In this document: piece by piece, positions 27,801-36,127 of the stretch
Layout of the letters: each line of letters starts with the position of its first letter
Position numbering within the stretch: position 1 is the stretch's first letter
Assembly (NCBI GenBank): GCA_964551505.1
Contig: CAZKDH010000048.1
Location: 1,947-65,946 of the forward strand
Reading direction: 5' to 3'
DNA from: an uncultured Rhodospirillaceae bacterium
Lineage (GTDB): Bacteria > Pseudomonadota > Alphaproteobacteria > Dongiales > Dongiaceae
Length of the DNA: 64,000 nt
The notes under the pieces: generated by a model
Told to the model about the DNA's origin: nothing
Seen by the model: only the letters and a program-made list of their open reading frames with translations
Database searches by the model: none
Position numbers and translations under genes: made by a program

Positions 27801-29191
27801 CGGTCGGACTCCGCCAAATCGCCGACGGCGATCGGCTTGATCGGCGGCTGGCTCCGCAGCCGGCCCACGGAATCGGTGCTGATGCCGATTTCCGCCGCGA
27901 GAATCTCCGCCGCCGCGGCGCCGCAGACGCGTCCCTGGCACCGCCCCATGCCGACGCGGCAAAGCGCCTTCGCCCGGTTGATCTCGCGGACCCCGTTCCG
28001 CCGGGCGACCTGGCGCAGGTCACCGGCGGCGATGGACTCGCAGCGGCAGAGGATCGTGTCGGCGGGGGTCTCCGCAGCGAGGGCGGCCGGAAACGGGAAG
28101 GCGGTCTCGATGCCCCGCCGGAACGCACGCCAATGCCGCAAGTCGCGCAGGCCCCTGTCGATGGCATATCCCTGCGGGGCGATCCCGGCATCCTGCAGGA
28201 GTGCCGCGGCGGCAAGCCGGCCGCGCAGTTCGGCCGCATCGGCGCCGCCGATCCCGGCGCCGTCGCCTGCGAGATAGAGGCCGGACCGCTCCGCCACCCT
28301 GCCGCAATCGTCGGTCACCGGCAGCCACTGGCCCTGGACGCGATCATAGGCGAAGGGGGCCCCGGAGAGTTCGGCCAGCTGGGTTTCCGATTTCAGCCCA
28401 TAGCCGAAGGCGACGGCGTCGCAGTCGATGCGGCGCAGGCTGGCTCCCCCCTTGCCGATCTCGAGTCCCTCGATCCGCTCCGCACACAGCAGGCGCCGGG
28501 GTTTCCAGCCGGCGAGGACCGGGATGCCCTGGGCCAGCAGCCAGCCGAGATAGTAGCCGCCCTTGAGAAACGTCCGGGGCCGGTGCAGGAGATCCGGCAC
28601 GGCCAGCGCGAGGTGATGCCAGGGAGCGGTGCTGATGACGGCGGCGATCTCGACGCCGGCCCGGGCATACTGATAGGCAACGAGATAGAGCAGCGGCCCG
28701 GCGCCGAGGAAGGCAACCCGGTTGCCGATGGTGCAGCCCTGGTGCTTGAGGGCGATCTGCGCTGCACCGAGCGCGAAGACGCCGGGCCGTGTCCAGCCCG
28801 GGAAGGGGATGATCCGGTCCATGGCGCCGGTCGCCAGGATGAGCGCGTCGACGCCGAGAGTTTCGACCCGGCCATCGCGGAGAATCTGCAGATCGCCGTC
28901 GATGATGTCGAAAACCAGGCTCTCCGGCCGGTAGTCGATCTTGGGACGCAGCTGCTCGAACAGAGCGTGGAGCTCCTGCGCCTTGCCGGCCTCGAATCCG
29001 TAGATCGCCGCGGCCCCGCGGGTGAAGCCGGGAGCCGGCGGCGGCTGCTGGTAGATCCGCCCGCCGATCCGCGGCGATTCGTCGATCAGCACCGGCGCCA
29101 AGCCGTGCGCCACCAGCATTTCCGCCGCGCGCAGACCGGCCGGACCGCCGCCGACGATGGCAATGCGCCGGGCCCTGGCCGGTGTCGTCAC
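27797..29191 (-). CDS. FAD/NAD(P)-binding oxidoreductase, HcnB / OoxA / LhpE-like subunit with C-terminal BFD-like [2Fe-2S] motif
   Basis: GTG start. ..RRIAIVGGGPAGLRAAEML.. and ..VAFLGAGPLLYLVAYQ.. are two Rossmann motifs. C-terminal ..CRCESIAAGDL...CRVGMGRCQGRVC.. is a CxC...CxxC pattern. GTGA overlap with the upstream small gene. Confidence 0.85.
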   Translation of the reverse strand: MTTPARARRIAIVGGGPAGLRAAEMLVAHGLAPVLIDESPRIGGRIYQQPPPAPGFTRGAAAIYGFEAGKAQELHALFEQLRPKIDYRPESLVFDIIDGDLQILRDGRVETLGVDALILATGAMDRIIPFPGWTRPGVFALGAAQIALKHQGCTIGNRVAFLGAGPLLYLVAYQYARAGVEIAAVISTAPWHHLALAVPDLLHRPRTFLKGGYYLGWLLAQGIPVLAGWKPRRLLCAERIEGLEIGKGGASLRRIDCDAVAFGYGLKSETQLAELSGAPFAYDRVQGQWLPVTDDCGRVAERSGLYLAGDGAGIGGADAAELRGRLAAAALLQDAGIAPQGYAIDRGLRDLRHWRAFRRGIETAFPFPAALAAETPADTILCRCESIAAGDLRQVARRNGVREINRAKALCRVGMGRCQGRVCGAAAAEILAAEIGISTDSVGRLRSQPPIKPIAVGDLAESDR

Positions 29192-29493
29192 GGCGCCCGG
29201 CTCCGGATGTCTTGGCCTTCCGCCACATATGTCGTGCAGGCGCGCAAGCGCCGCCCGTCCGCCTGCCACACCCAGCAATCCTGACAGGCGCCCATCAGGC
29301 AGAACCCGGCCCGGGGCCCGTCGCCAGCGCCGGCGAAGTCGGTGTCCCGCAGCCGGCCCCCCGCCAGCAGGATCGCCGTCAGCAGGGTGTCGCCTTCCAG
29401 CGCGGCGATCTCGGCGCCGTCGAAGGTGAACCGGATCGGCTTCCGGTCGCGCTCGGCAACGCGCTGGAACTGGCCATTGCCCACCGCGGCCAC
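29188..29493 (-). CDS. Small (2Fe-2S)-binding subunit, HcnA / LhpF-like
   Basis: ..IRFTFDGAEIAALEGDTLLTAILLAGG..FCLMGACQDCWVWQADGRRLRACTTYV is the Cys cluster typical of SoxA-N/HcnA type ferredoxin-like subunits. Start uncertain: GTG at 29493 or 29484. Confidence 0.75.
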   Translation of the reverse strand: MAAVGNGQFQRVAERDRKPIRFTFDGAEIAALEGDTLLTAILLAGGRLRDTDFAGAGDGPRAGFCLMGACQDCWVWQADGRRLRACTTYVAEGQDIRSRAP

Positions 29494-29495
29494 CC

Positions 29496-30497
29496 CTAGC
29501 TGACCCTGGGATGCGGCAGGCGCGGCTCGATATGCGGCGGAATATGGCCCTCCAGCCGGGGATCCAGGATCCGCTTGTGCGTCTGCTGGCACGGCCGGAA
29601 ACCGGCGCGCTGGTATTCGCTGAGCGCCCGCGGGTGGTCAAGCGAGCAGGTCTCGACGGTGACCTTGCGCGGGCCATAGGACCAGGCCTGGTCCACCGCC
29701 CAGTTCAGCAGGTACTTGCCGAGGCCGCGGCCGATGAAATCGGGGATCAGGCCGAAATAGGCGATGCCGACATCCGGGGCCTGGCGCCGGTCGAGTTCGA
29801 CATAGCCGGCCGGCTGGCCGCCGGCATAGAGCACGAAGAGCTCGACCTTCGGGTCGGTGATCTCCGGCAGCAGAACCGCATCGGTCAGCTTCTTCCGGTC
29901 GATCCAGAACCATGGCTCGCCGACGGTGTTGTAGAGAAAGCGGTAGAAGGCGGCGGTGGGCTTCTCGACCCGCATCAGCGCGTAACTGCCGGAGGGGATC
30001 GGCGTCGTCGGCCGGGTCGGACGCTCGGTCATCTCCAGAAAGGTGACGGCGACATCGATCATCGCCACCTCGGGATCGACATCCTTCGGCTCCAGCCAGC
30101 GGCCGAGCACCGCATGGCCGGCATTGGCGTAGTGCAGGTGATGGTAGAAGGCGAGGGCTTCGGGATTGGTGGCCCGCACCATCAGATTGCATTTGGGCAG
30201 GCCGCGCGCCACCAGCCAGCTCTCGGCCAGCGCCACCAGCTGCCTGCCATAGCCGCGCTTGCGGTAGGCGGTGGCGACCGCCAGCTTGTAGATCCAGCCG
30301 CGATAGCCGTCCTGCCCGACAAGGATCGAGCCGACCACCCGGTCGTCCGCATGGCCCAGATAGAGCTGGCAATTCGCGTTGGCCTGCAGGCGGGGAATTT
30401 CGACCGCCGGATCGTTGTAGGCGACCAGGATCCCGGCCTCCCGCCACAGCGCCACGACGCCGTCATAGGCCGAGGATTCATAGGGTCGAATGATCAT
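29496..30497 (-). CDS. Protein with two tandem GNAT acetyltransferase domains
   Basis: N-terminal domain: ..VVGSILVGQDGYRGWIYKLAVATAYRKRGYGRQLVALAESWLVARG... C-terminal domain: ..YFGLIPDFIGRGLGKYLLNWAVDQAW....TCSLDHPRALSEYQRAGF... ATGA overlap with the sseA stop. Confidence 0.8.
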   Translation of the reverse strand: MIIRPYESSAYDGVVALWREAGILVAYNDPAVEIPRLQANANCQLYLGHADDRVVGSILVGQDGYRGWIYKLAVATAYRKRGYGRQLVALAESWLVARGLPKCNLMVRATNPEALAFYHHLHYANAGHAVLGRWLEPKDVDPEVAMIDVAVTFLEMTERPTRPTTPIPSGSYALMRVEKPTAAFYRFLYNTVGEPWFWIDRKKLTDAVLLPEITDPKVELFVLYAGGQPAGYVELDRRQAPDVGIAYFGLIPDFIGRGLGKYLLNWAVDQAWSYGPRKVTVETCSLDHPRALSEYQRAGFRPCQQTHKRILDPRLEGHIPPHIEPRLPHPRVS

Positions 30498-31360
30498 GCG
30501 GCGCCGGCGGGGTCCACCGGCGTGTCTCCGGGCAGGCCCCATTCCGCCCAGGACCCGTCATAGACCGCCACGTCCGGGTGGCCGATCAGATGCAGGCCGA
30601 AGGCGAGGACGCAGGCGGTGATGCCGGAACCGCAGCTGGCGATCACCGGCTGATTGAGATCGAGCCCGGCGCCGAGGAACCGTGCCTTCAGCTGATCCGC
30701 CGGCAGGAAGGTCTGATCCGCCTTCAGCAGCTGGGTATAGGGGAGATTGAGGGCGCCGGGGATATGACCCGAACGCCGCCCCGGCCAGATTTCCGGCTCG
30801 GTGGCGTTGAACCTGCCGGCACCGCGGGCATCGAGCACCTGTTCGCGCTTCGCGTTCAGGTTGGCGTGCACCTGGTCCTTCGAGCGCACCTGGGTGTTGT
30901 CGAGGCGCGGGGTGAAATGCCGTTCCCGGGGCGAGGGCGGCAAGTCCTCGAGCGGCCGGTCCTCGGCGATCCATTTCGGGAGTCCGCCATCGAGCACGGC
31001 GACGTCGGTCGCGCCGAAGATCCGGAACATCCACCAGGCCCGCGCTGCGCTCATCATGCCGGTGCCATCGTAGACCACGATGCGGTTGCCGTCGCCGATG
31101 CCGAGCTTGCGCACCCGGGCCGCGAACTTCTCCGGCGGCGGCAGCATGTGCGGGAGCGGCGAGGTCGAATCCGCGATGTCGTCGATGTCGAAGAAGACCG
31201 CGCCGGGAATGTGCCGGGCGTCGTACTCGGCCCGGGCATTCTTGCCCTGCATCGGCAGGTAGTAGGTGGCATCGACGATGCGCAGGTCCGGCTGGTGCAG
31301 GTTCTGCGCGAGCCAGGCGGTGCTCACCAGGGACTGGGGATTGGCATAGGCGGCGGCCAT
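30494..31360 (-). CDS. sseA: 3-mercaptopyruvate sulfurtransferase (tandem rhodanese)
   Basis: ..HIPGAVFFDID...RIVVYD..SAARAWWMFRIFG...GHIPGALNLP..VIASCGSGITACVLAFGL.. The CGSGITA loop is the 3-MST-type signature, as opposed to CRKGVTA of thiosulfate sulfurtransferases. Confidence 0.9.
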   Translation of the reverse strand: MAAAYANPQSLVSTAWLAQNLHQPDLRIVDATYYLPMQGKNARAEYDARHIPGAVFFDIDDIADSTSPLPHMLPPPEKFAARVRKLGIGDGNRIVVYDGTGMMSAARAWWMFRIFGATDVAVLDGGLPKWIAEDRPLEDLPPSPRERHFTPRLDNTQVRSKDQVHANLNAKREQVLDARGAGRFNATEPEIWPGRRSGHIPGALNLPYTQLLKADQTFLPADQLKARFLGAGLDLNQPVIASCGSGITACVLAFGLHLIGHPDVAVYDGSWAEWGLPGDTPVDPAGAA

Positions 31361-31361
31361 G

Positions 31362-32069
31362 TCAGGCTCTGAATGCGATGTTGACGCGACGGTTCATCTT
31401 GCCCTTGTTCTCGATCTTGGTCACCTCGACCGGGCCGATCTCGCCGGTGCGGAGCACATGGGTGCCGCCGCAGGGCTGCAGATCGACGCCGACGATGTCG
31501 AGCAGGCGCACCTTGCCCTGGCCCATCGGCGGCTTCACCGACATCGTGCGGACGAGGTCGGGCTTGTCCGCCATCTCCGCGTCGCTGATCCAGCGCGGCT
31601 GGACGATGTGATCCTCGGCGATGAGGCGGTTCAGCTCGGCGGTGATGCGATCCTTGTCCAGGGAGGTCTCGGGGAGGTTGAAGTCGAGGCGGCCCTTGCC
31701 GTCGCTGACCTGGCCGCCAGTGACGTCGCCGGTGATCACCGCACAGAGCAGATGCAGGCAGGTATGCATGCGCATCAGCCGGTGGCGCCGATCCCAGTCG
31801 ATCTCGGCGCGGATGGCGGCGCCGATGCCGGGCAGGGCGCTGCCGGGCGCAGGCACATGGACGACGGCATCCGGCGCATCGCCCTTGACGGTATCCACGA
31901 TCTCGATCGAGGTCCCGTCCGCCAGGACCAGCCGCCCGGTGTCGCCCAGCTGGCCCCCGCCAAGGGGATAGAACACCGTGCGATCGAGGTGGATTCCGCG
32001 CGGGTCGACCGCGGTGACCGTTGCCGCGCAGGACTTCGCATAGGCGTCTTCGCGAAACAGCAATTCCAT
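31362..32069 (-). CDS. AlaX-type alanyl-tRNA editing (tRNA_SAD) protein
   Basis: MELLFREDAYAKSCAATVTAV...FYPLGGGQLGDTG...RRHRLMRMHTCLHLL (HxxxH)...LQPCGGTHV (CxxxH) are the Zn motifs of the AlaRS second-additional/editing domain. Its stop is 1 nt before the sseA ATG. Confidence 0.85.
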   Translation of the reverse strand: MELLFREDAYAKSCAATVTAVDPRGIHLDRTVFYPLGGGQLGDTGRLVLADGTSIEIVDTVKGDAPDAVVHVPAPGSALPGIGAAIRAEIDWDRRHRLMRMHTCLHLLCAVITGDVTGGQVSDGKGRLDFNLPETSLDKDRITAELNRLIAEDHIVQPRWISDAEMADKPDLVRTMSVKPPMGQGKVRLLDIVGVDLQPCGGTHVLRTGEIGPVEVTKIENKGKMNRRVNIAFRA

Positions 32070-32177
32070 GGGTATTCCAGCTCCCGGACCGTTGCCGGCC
32101 ATCATAAAGGGCCGGGCTTGACGGTCAAGGACGGGCCTGCCTAACGTTGGACGGGGACCGCGCGAAAGGGAACGAAG

Positions 32178-32816
32178 ATGGGCAAGCCAATCGTCTACGG
32201 ACCGGCCTACAGCACCTATACCCGCACCGTCTTGATGACGCTCAAGGAAAAGAAGGTCGATTTCGACCTGGTGCCGGTCGACATGCTGACCGGAGAGCAC
32301 CGGCAGGCGCCGCACCTGAAGCGGCATCCCTTCGGCAAGGTTCCTGCTTTCGAGCACAACGGCATGTCGTTCTACGAAGTGAACGCCATCGTCCACTACA
32401 TCGACGACGCCTTTCCCGGCCGGAAGCTGGAGCCCAACGATCTCGAGCGCCGCACCCGCAGCGAGCAGATCGTCTCGGTGATGGATTCCTACGCCTATCC
32501 GTGCCTGATCACCCGGATTCTCCTGCCGCGACTCTTCGCCGACAAGGCCAAGGGCGCCGACGAAGCGGCCATCGCCGCCGAGTTTCCCATGGCGGAGCGC
32601 TGCCTGCAGGCGATCGAGGACCTGATGGTCAATCCGGATCCGTTCCTGGTCGGCCGCGAGGTCAGTCATGCGGACCTCAGCGTGGCACCCGTGCTGCATT
32701 ATTTCATGGGGATGCCGGAGGGCCCGCGCACGCTCGCCAAGACGCCGAAGCTGGAGAAATGGTGGGCCGGCTTCCAGAACCACCCGAGTACCGTCGCCAC
32801 CGTCCCGCAGATGTAG
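32178..32816 (+). CDS. Glutathione S-transferase family protein
   Basis: ..YSTYTRTVLMTLKEKKVDFDLVPVD...HLKRHPFGKVPAFEHNGMSFYEVNAIVHYID.. is a thioredoxin-like GST N-domain, followed by a helical C-domain. Confidence 0.85.
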   Translation: MGKPIVYGPAYSTYTRTVLMTLKEKKVDFDLVPVDMLTGEHRQAPHLKRHPFGKVPAFEHNGMSFYEVNAIVHYIDDAFPGRKLEPNDLERRTRSEQIVSVMDSYAYPCLITRILLPRLFADKAKGADEAAIAAEFPMAERCLQAIEDLMVNPDPFLVGREVSHADLSVAPVLHYFMGMPEGPRTLAKTPKLEKWWAGFQNHPSTVATVPQM

Positions 32817-32823
32817 GCGGCGG

Positions 32824-33831
32824 CTAGAGCCAGTCCGGCTGCGGCAGGCCCTTCGATTTCAGGAATGCCGGGTTGAACAGCTTGCTCTGGTAGCGGGTGC
32901 CGAAATCGCACAGGATGGTCACGATCGTGTGGCCGGGGCCGAGTTCCTTCGCCAGGCGGATGGCGCCCGCGACATTGATGCCGCTGGATCCGCCCAGGCA
33001 CAGGCCCTCGTGCTTCAGCAGGTCGAACACGATCGGCAGGGCCTCGCTGTCCGGAATGAGGAAGGGAAAGTCGACCGGCGTGCCGTCGACGTTCTTGGTG
33101 ATCCGTCCCTGGCCGATGCCCTCGGTGATCGAGCTGCCGGAGGACTTCAGCTCACCGGTCTTGAAATAGCTGTAGAGCGCCGCACCCTCGGGGTCGGCCA
33201 GGGCGATCTTCACGTCCGGATTCTGCTCCTTCAGGAAGATCGCCACCCCGGACAGGGTCCCGCCGGTGCCGACCGCACTGACGAAGCCGTGGATCTTGCC
33301 GGCGGTCTGGCGCCAGATCTCCGGACCCGTCGTGGTGTAATGACCCTGGCGATTGGCGACATTGTCGAACTGGTTGGCCCAGATCACGCCGTTGGGGTTG
33401 CTGTCCTTCAACTCGGTGGCGATCCGCTCCGAGACGCGGACGTAATTGCCCGGATCCTTGTAGGGCAGGGCCGGCACCTCCTTCAGGTCGGCGCCGGCGA
33501 GGCGCAGCATGTCCTTCTTTTCCTGGCTCTGGGTTTCCGGGATGACGATCAGGGTCTTGTAGCCGCGGGCGTTGCCGACCAGGGCCAGGCCGATCCCTGT
33601 ATTGCCGGCCGTTCCCTCGACGATCAGCCCGCCTGGCCGGATCAGTCCCTTGCGCTCGGCATCGGTGATGATGGCCAGGGCCGCCCGGTCCTTCACCGAA
33701 CCTCCCGGGTTGAGGAATTCGGCCTTGCCGAGGATCGTGCAGCCGGTCTGCTCCGATGCCTTGCGGAGCAGGATCAGCGGCGTATTGCCGATCGTGTCGA
33801 CGAAGCCCTCGCGGAAATCCATGAATATCAC
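32824..33831 (-). CDS. cysK: Cysteine synthase family PLP enzyme (CysK / CBS-like, no CBS pair)
   Basis: ..IGNTPLILL...KAEFLNPGGSVKDRAAL (PLP Lys)...EGTAGNTGIGLA..SAVGTGGTLSG.. Alternative start at 33822 (MDFREG). Confidence 0.85.
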   Translation of the reverse strand: MIFMDFREGFVDTIGNTPLILLRKASEQTGCTILGKAEFLNPGGSVKDRAALAIITDAERKGLIRPGGLIVEGTAGNTGIGLALVGNARGYKTLIVIPETQSQEKKDMLRLAGADLKEVPALPYKDPGNYVRVSERIATELKDSNPNGVIWANQFDNVANRQGHYTTTGPEIWRQTAGKIHGFVSAVGTGGTLSGVAIFLKEQNPDVKIALADPEGAALYSYFKTGELKSSGSSITEGIGQGRITKNVDGTPVDFPFLIPDSEALPIVFDLLKHEGLCLGGSSGINVAGAIRLAKELGPGHTIVTILCDFGTRYQSKLFNPAFLKSKGLPQPDWL

Positions 33832-33896
33832 CGTGAAATAAACTCTGGATGTAAAACTACGGCGGCAGGCGGTGCTGGATCAAGCCCGCTTTGACC

Positions 33897-35369
33897 CTAG
33901 TTCCCCAAGGGATACAGGGATTTCGGCGCGTATTTGAAGCGGTAGTGAAGCAGGTTCGGCGAGGCCGGGCCGGGGGCGTCGATTTCGACGATGCAGCGGG
34001 TCAGCGGCTTGAATGCCGCCCGGAAATGGTTCTTTGCCTTGACGCAGAGCAGGCCGACCTGCGCGAGGTCGATGCGGTGCAGGGCAAAGTAGCCGGGGTC
34101 GTTGGGCGTCTGGCAGCTTTCGGTGACGATGACCCTGATCCCCGCGATCTCCAGCAGCGCGGTGCGGCCGAGATCGACGGGCAGGTTGTGCTCCATTGGC
34201 CCCTGGTTCCTGAATTTGCCGTCGGTAACCAGCAAGACCCGGGCTTCCACCGGCACCGGCGGGCCGAAATCCCCGGTGACGCGCCCGCCGAGACTGGCCG
34301 CAAGCACCGCGCCGACGCCGGATTCATGGGCCCGCGCCACGAGGGGCGGGTCCCAGAAGAATCCGAATACGGTCGCAACGCCCGGCCGGGCAGCGAGCAG
34401 CGCCCGGAACAGGCCCGGCGTGTCGCCGATCCCGCCGGAGAGCGGATTGTCGGAGGGATCGATTACGGCGGCCGTCTGTGTGCCGGGGGTTGCCAGCGCC
34501 GCGGCGATCCCTGACTCCGGCGTCGGCAGGGAAACGTAGAAACGGTCGCGCCGGACCGCGAGCGCCTGGACCAGATCCGCCGCCGCGTGCCGGGCCAGAT
34601 CCCCGTCGCCATCGGCGTAGACCATCGCGCTCGGCCCGGCGAAGGGCGAATCGCCATAGGCAAATCCACCGAAGACCGTGGCATCGAGGATCTTCGGCCG
34701 GCCCTGCCAGGCCTCGGCGAGCGCCGCCATTTCCGCCATCGGCCCGTCGGTCGTGCGCATGTTGAAGCTGGGCAGGATCGCCGGCAGCTTCGCCAGGGCG
34801 CCGACCGGCCGGATGGCTCCCTCGGCCATGCGGGTCAGGAGGTCGATGACCTTGGCGCCAGTCTCCGCCATGTCGATATGCGGATAGGTCTTGTAGCCGG
34901 CGGCGACGTCGACCAGGTCCATCATTCCCTGCCCGATATGGGCATGCAGATCGAAGCTGACGCCCAGGGGGGTGCGGCCGATCACCGACCGCACCTGCTC
35001 CAGAAGATGGAGCTCCGGGGTCGGGTCGTCCTCGGTCACGGTGGCGCCATGCAGCGACAGGTAGACCGCGTCCCACTGGTCGCGTCCGAGGCCATCCAGG
35101 ATGGTATCGCGGATCTCGGCGAAGGCGCCTCTGGTCATCGGGCCCCCGGGAGGCGCCGCCGCACAATGAAGGAAGACGACGTTCCAATCCTGCCGCCGCC
35201 CGGCGAATTCGACCGCCGCCCCGATCTCCGTCGCCGTGCCGCCATAGAACGCCCGCGCGGCGTCACCGCTGCACCATTCGCGCGCCTCGAAGGCCGTGAC
35301 CGGCGTCGTGATCGGCGAGAAGGAGTTGCCCTCGTACCACAGCCGGGCGACGGCGAGCTTCCGGGTCAT
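33897..35369 (-). CDS. M81 family metallopeptidase (MlrC-like)
   Basis: MTRKLAVARLWYEGNSFSP...VYLSLHGATVTEDDPTPELHLL..FDLHAH...GYKTYPHIDM... matches MlrC N- and C-terminal domains. ATGA overlap with the upstream Nudix gene. Confidence 0.85.
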   Translation of the reverse strand: MTRKLAVARLWYEGNSFSPITTPVTAFEAREWCSGDAARAFYGGTATEIGAAVEFAGRRQDWNVVFLHCAAAPPGGPMTRGAFAEIRDTILDGLGRDQWDAVYLSLHGATVTEDDPTPELHLLEQVRSVIGRTPLGVSFDLHAHIGQGMMDLVDVAAGYKTYPHIDMAETGAKVIDLLTRMAEGAIRPVGALAKLPAILPSFNMRTTDGPMAEMAALAEAWQGRPKILDATVFGGFAYGDSPFAGPSAMVYADGDGDLARHAAADLVQALAVRRDRFYVSLPTPESGIAAALATPGTQTAAVIDPSDNPLSGGIGDTPGLFRALLAARPGVATVFGFFWDPPLVARAHESGVGAVLAASLGGRVTGDFGPPVPVEARVLLVTDGKFRNQGPMEHNLPVDLGRTALLEIAGIRVIVTESCQTPNDPGYFALHRIDLAQVGLLCVKAKNHFRAAFKPLTRCIVEIDAPGPASPNLLHYRFKYAPKSLYPLGN

Positions 35370-35965
35370 CGCCATACCTGCCGCAGCCGATCGCGGTTCA
35401 GGATCAGCCATTGCAGTGCGATGATCAGCAGGCCGTTGCCGCTATGGCCGTTCGCCAGGAGCGCCGGCACCTCGGCGAAATCGTGCAGCGTCGCCCGGAT
35501 ATCCTCGTGCTCGTCATCCAGTCCGAAGAGCCCGCCCTGGCCGGTGCTGTCCATGCGGCCGCAATAGATCGCAATCGTCTCGTTGGTGATTCCGGGTGTC
35601 GGCAGATAGGTATAGACCTCGACCAGATCGGTGAGCTTGCAATTGGCCTCTTCGATGGCCTCGCGGCGCACGATCGCCTCGGCGTTCTCGTCCTTGTCGT
35701 TCATGCCGGCGATGATCTCGCGCTGCCAGGCCGGCATGCCGGCAAGATGCGCCGCCAGGCGGAACTGCTCGATCAGCAGGATCTTGTCGGCGATCGGGTC
35801 ATAGGGCAGCACCGCGACGCAGAACGGGCGCATCACCACTTCCCGGGTCATCGGACCGATCCAGCCGCCGTCGAACTTGCGATGGCTGACGGTGAACCTG
35901 GCGACCTTGAGGAAGCCCTCGCTGAGCATCTCCTGCGCGTGGATCTTCAGCTTCTCGTCGTTCAC
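35366..35965 (-). CDS. Nudix hydrolase (ADP-ribose pyrophosphatase-like)
   Basis: Nudix box GMNDKDENAEAIVRREAIEEAN (Gx5Ex7REAIEEA). Overall length and layout resemble NudF/ADPRase. Confidence 0.85.
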   Translation of the reverse strand: MNDEKLKIHAQEMLSEGFLKVARFTVSHRKFDGGWIGPMTREVVMRPFCVAVLPYDPIADKILLIEQFRLAAHLAGMPAWQREIIAGMNDKDENAEAIVRREAIEEANCKLTDLVEVYTYLPTPGITNETIAIYCGRMDSTGQGGLFGLDDEHEDIRATLHDFAEVPALLANGHSGNGLLIIALQWLILNRDRLRQVWR

Positions 35966-36127
35966 CGGTCGCTTCCAAGGTATCGTTGGATCAACGGGTT
36001 ACACCATGCCGAGCCGCATCGGCGGCGTCAATCGCGCTGTACAGCGCGGTCCGCCCGAGGTTAGATTGCTGCGGAAAATCCCGCCACCCACGACGCCTCC
36101 AGATATCCCGGGGAGAAGCCATCCATC

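Noticed and set aside
26655-29493. Calling the three-subunit enzyme 'hydrogen cyanide synthase HcnABC' outright
   Set aside because: The same subunit architecture is shared by D-hydroxyproline dehydrogenase and opine oxidases. No discriminating residues can be judged by eye, so only a family-level call is given.
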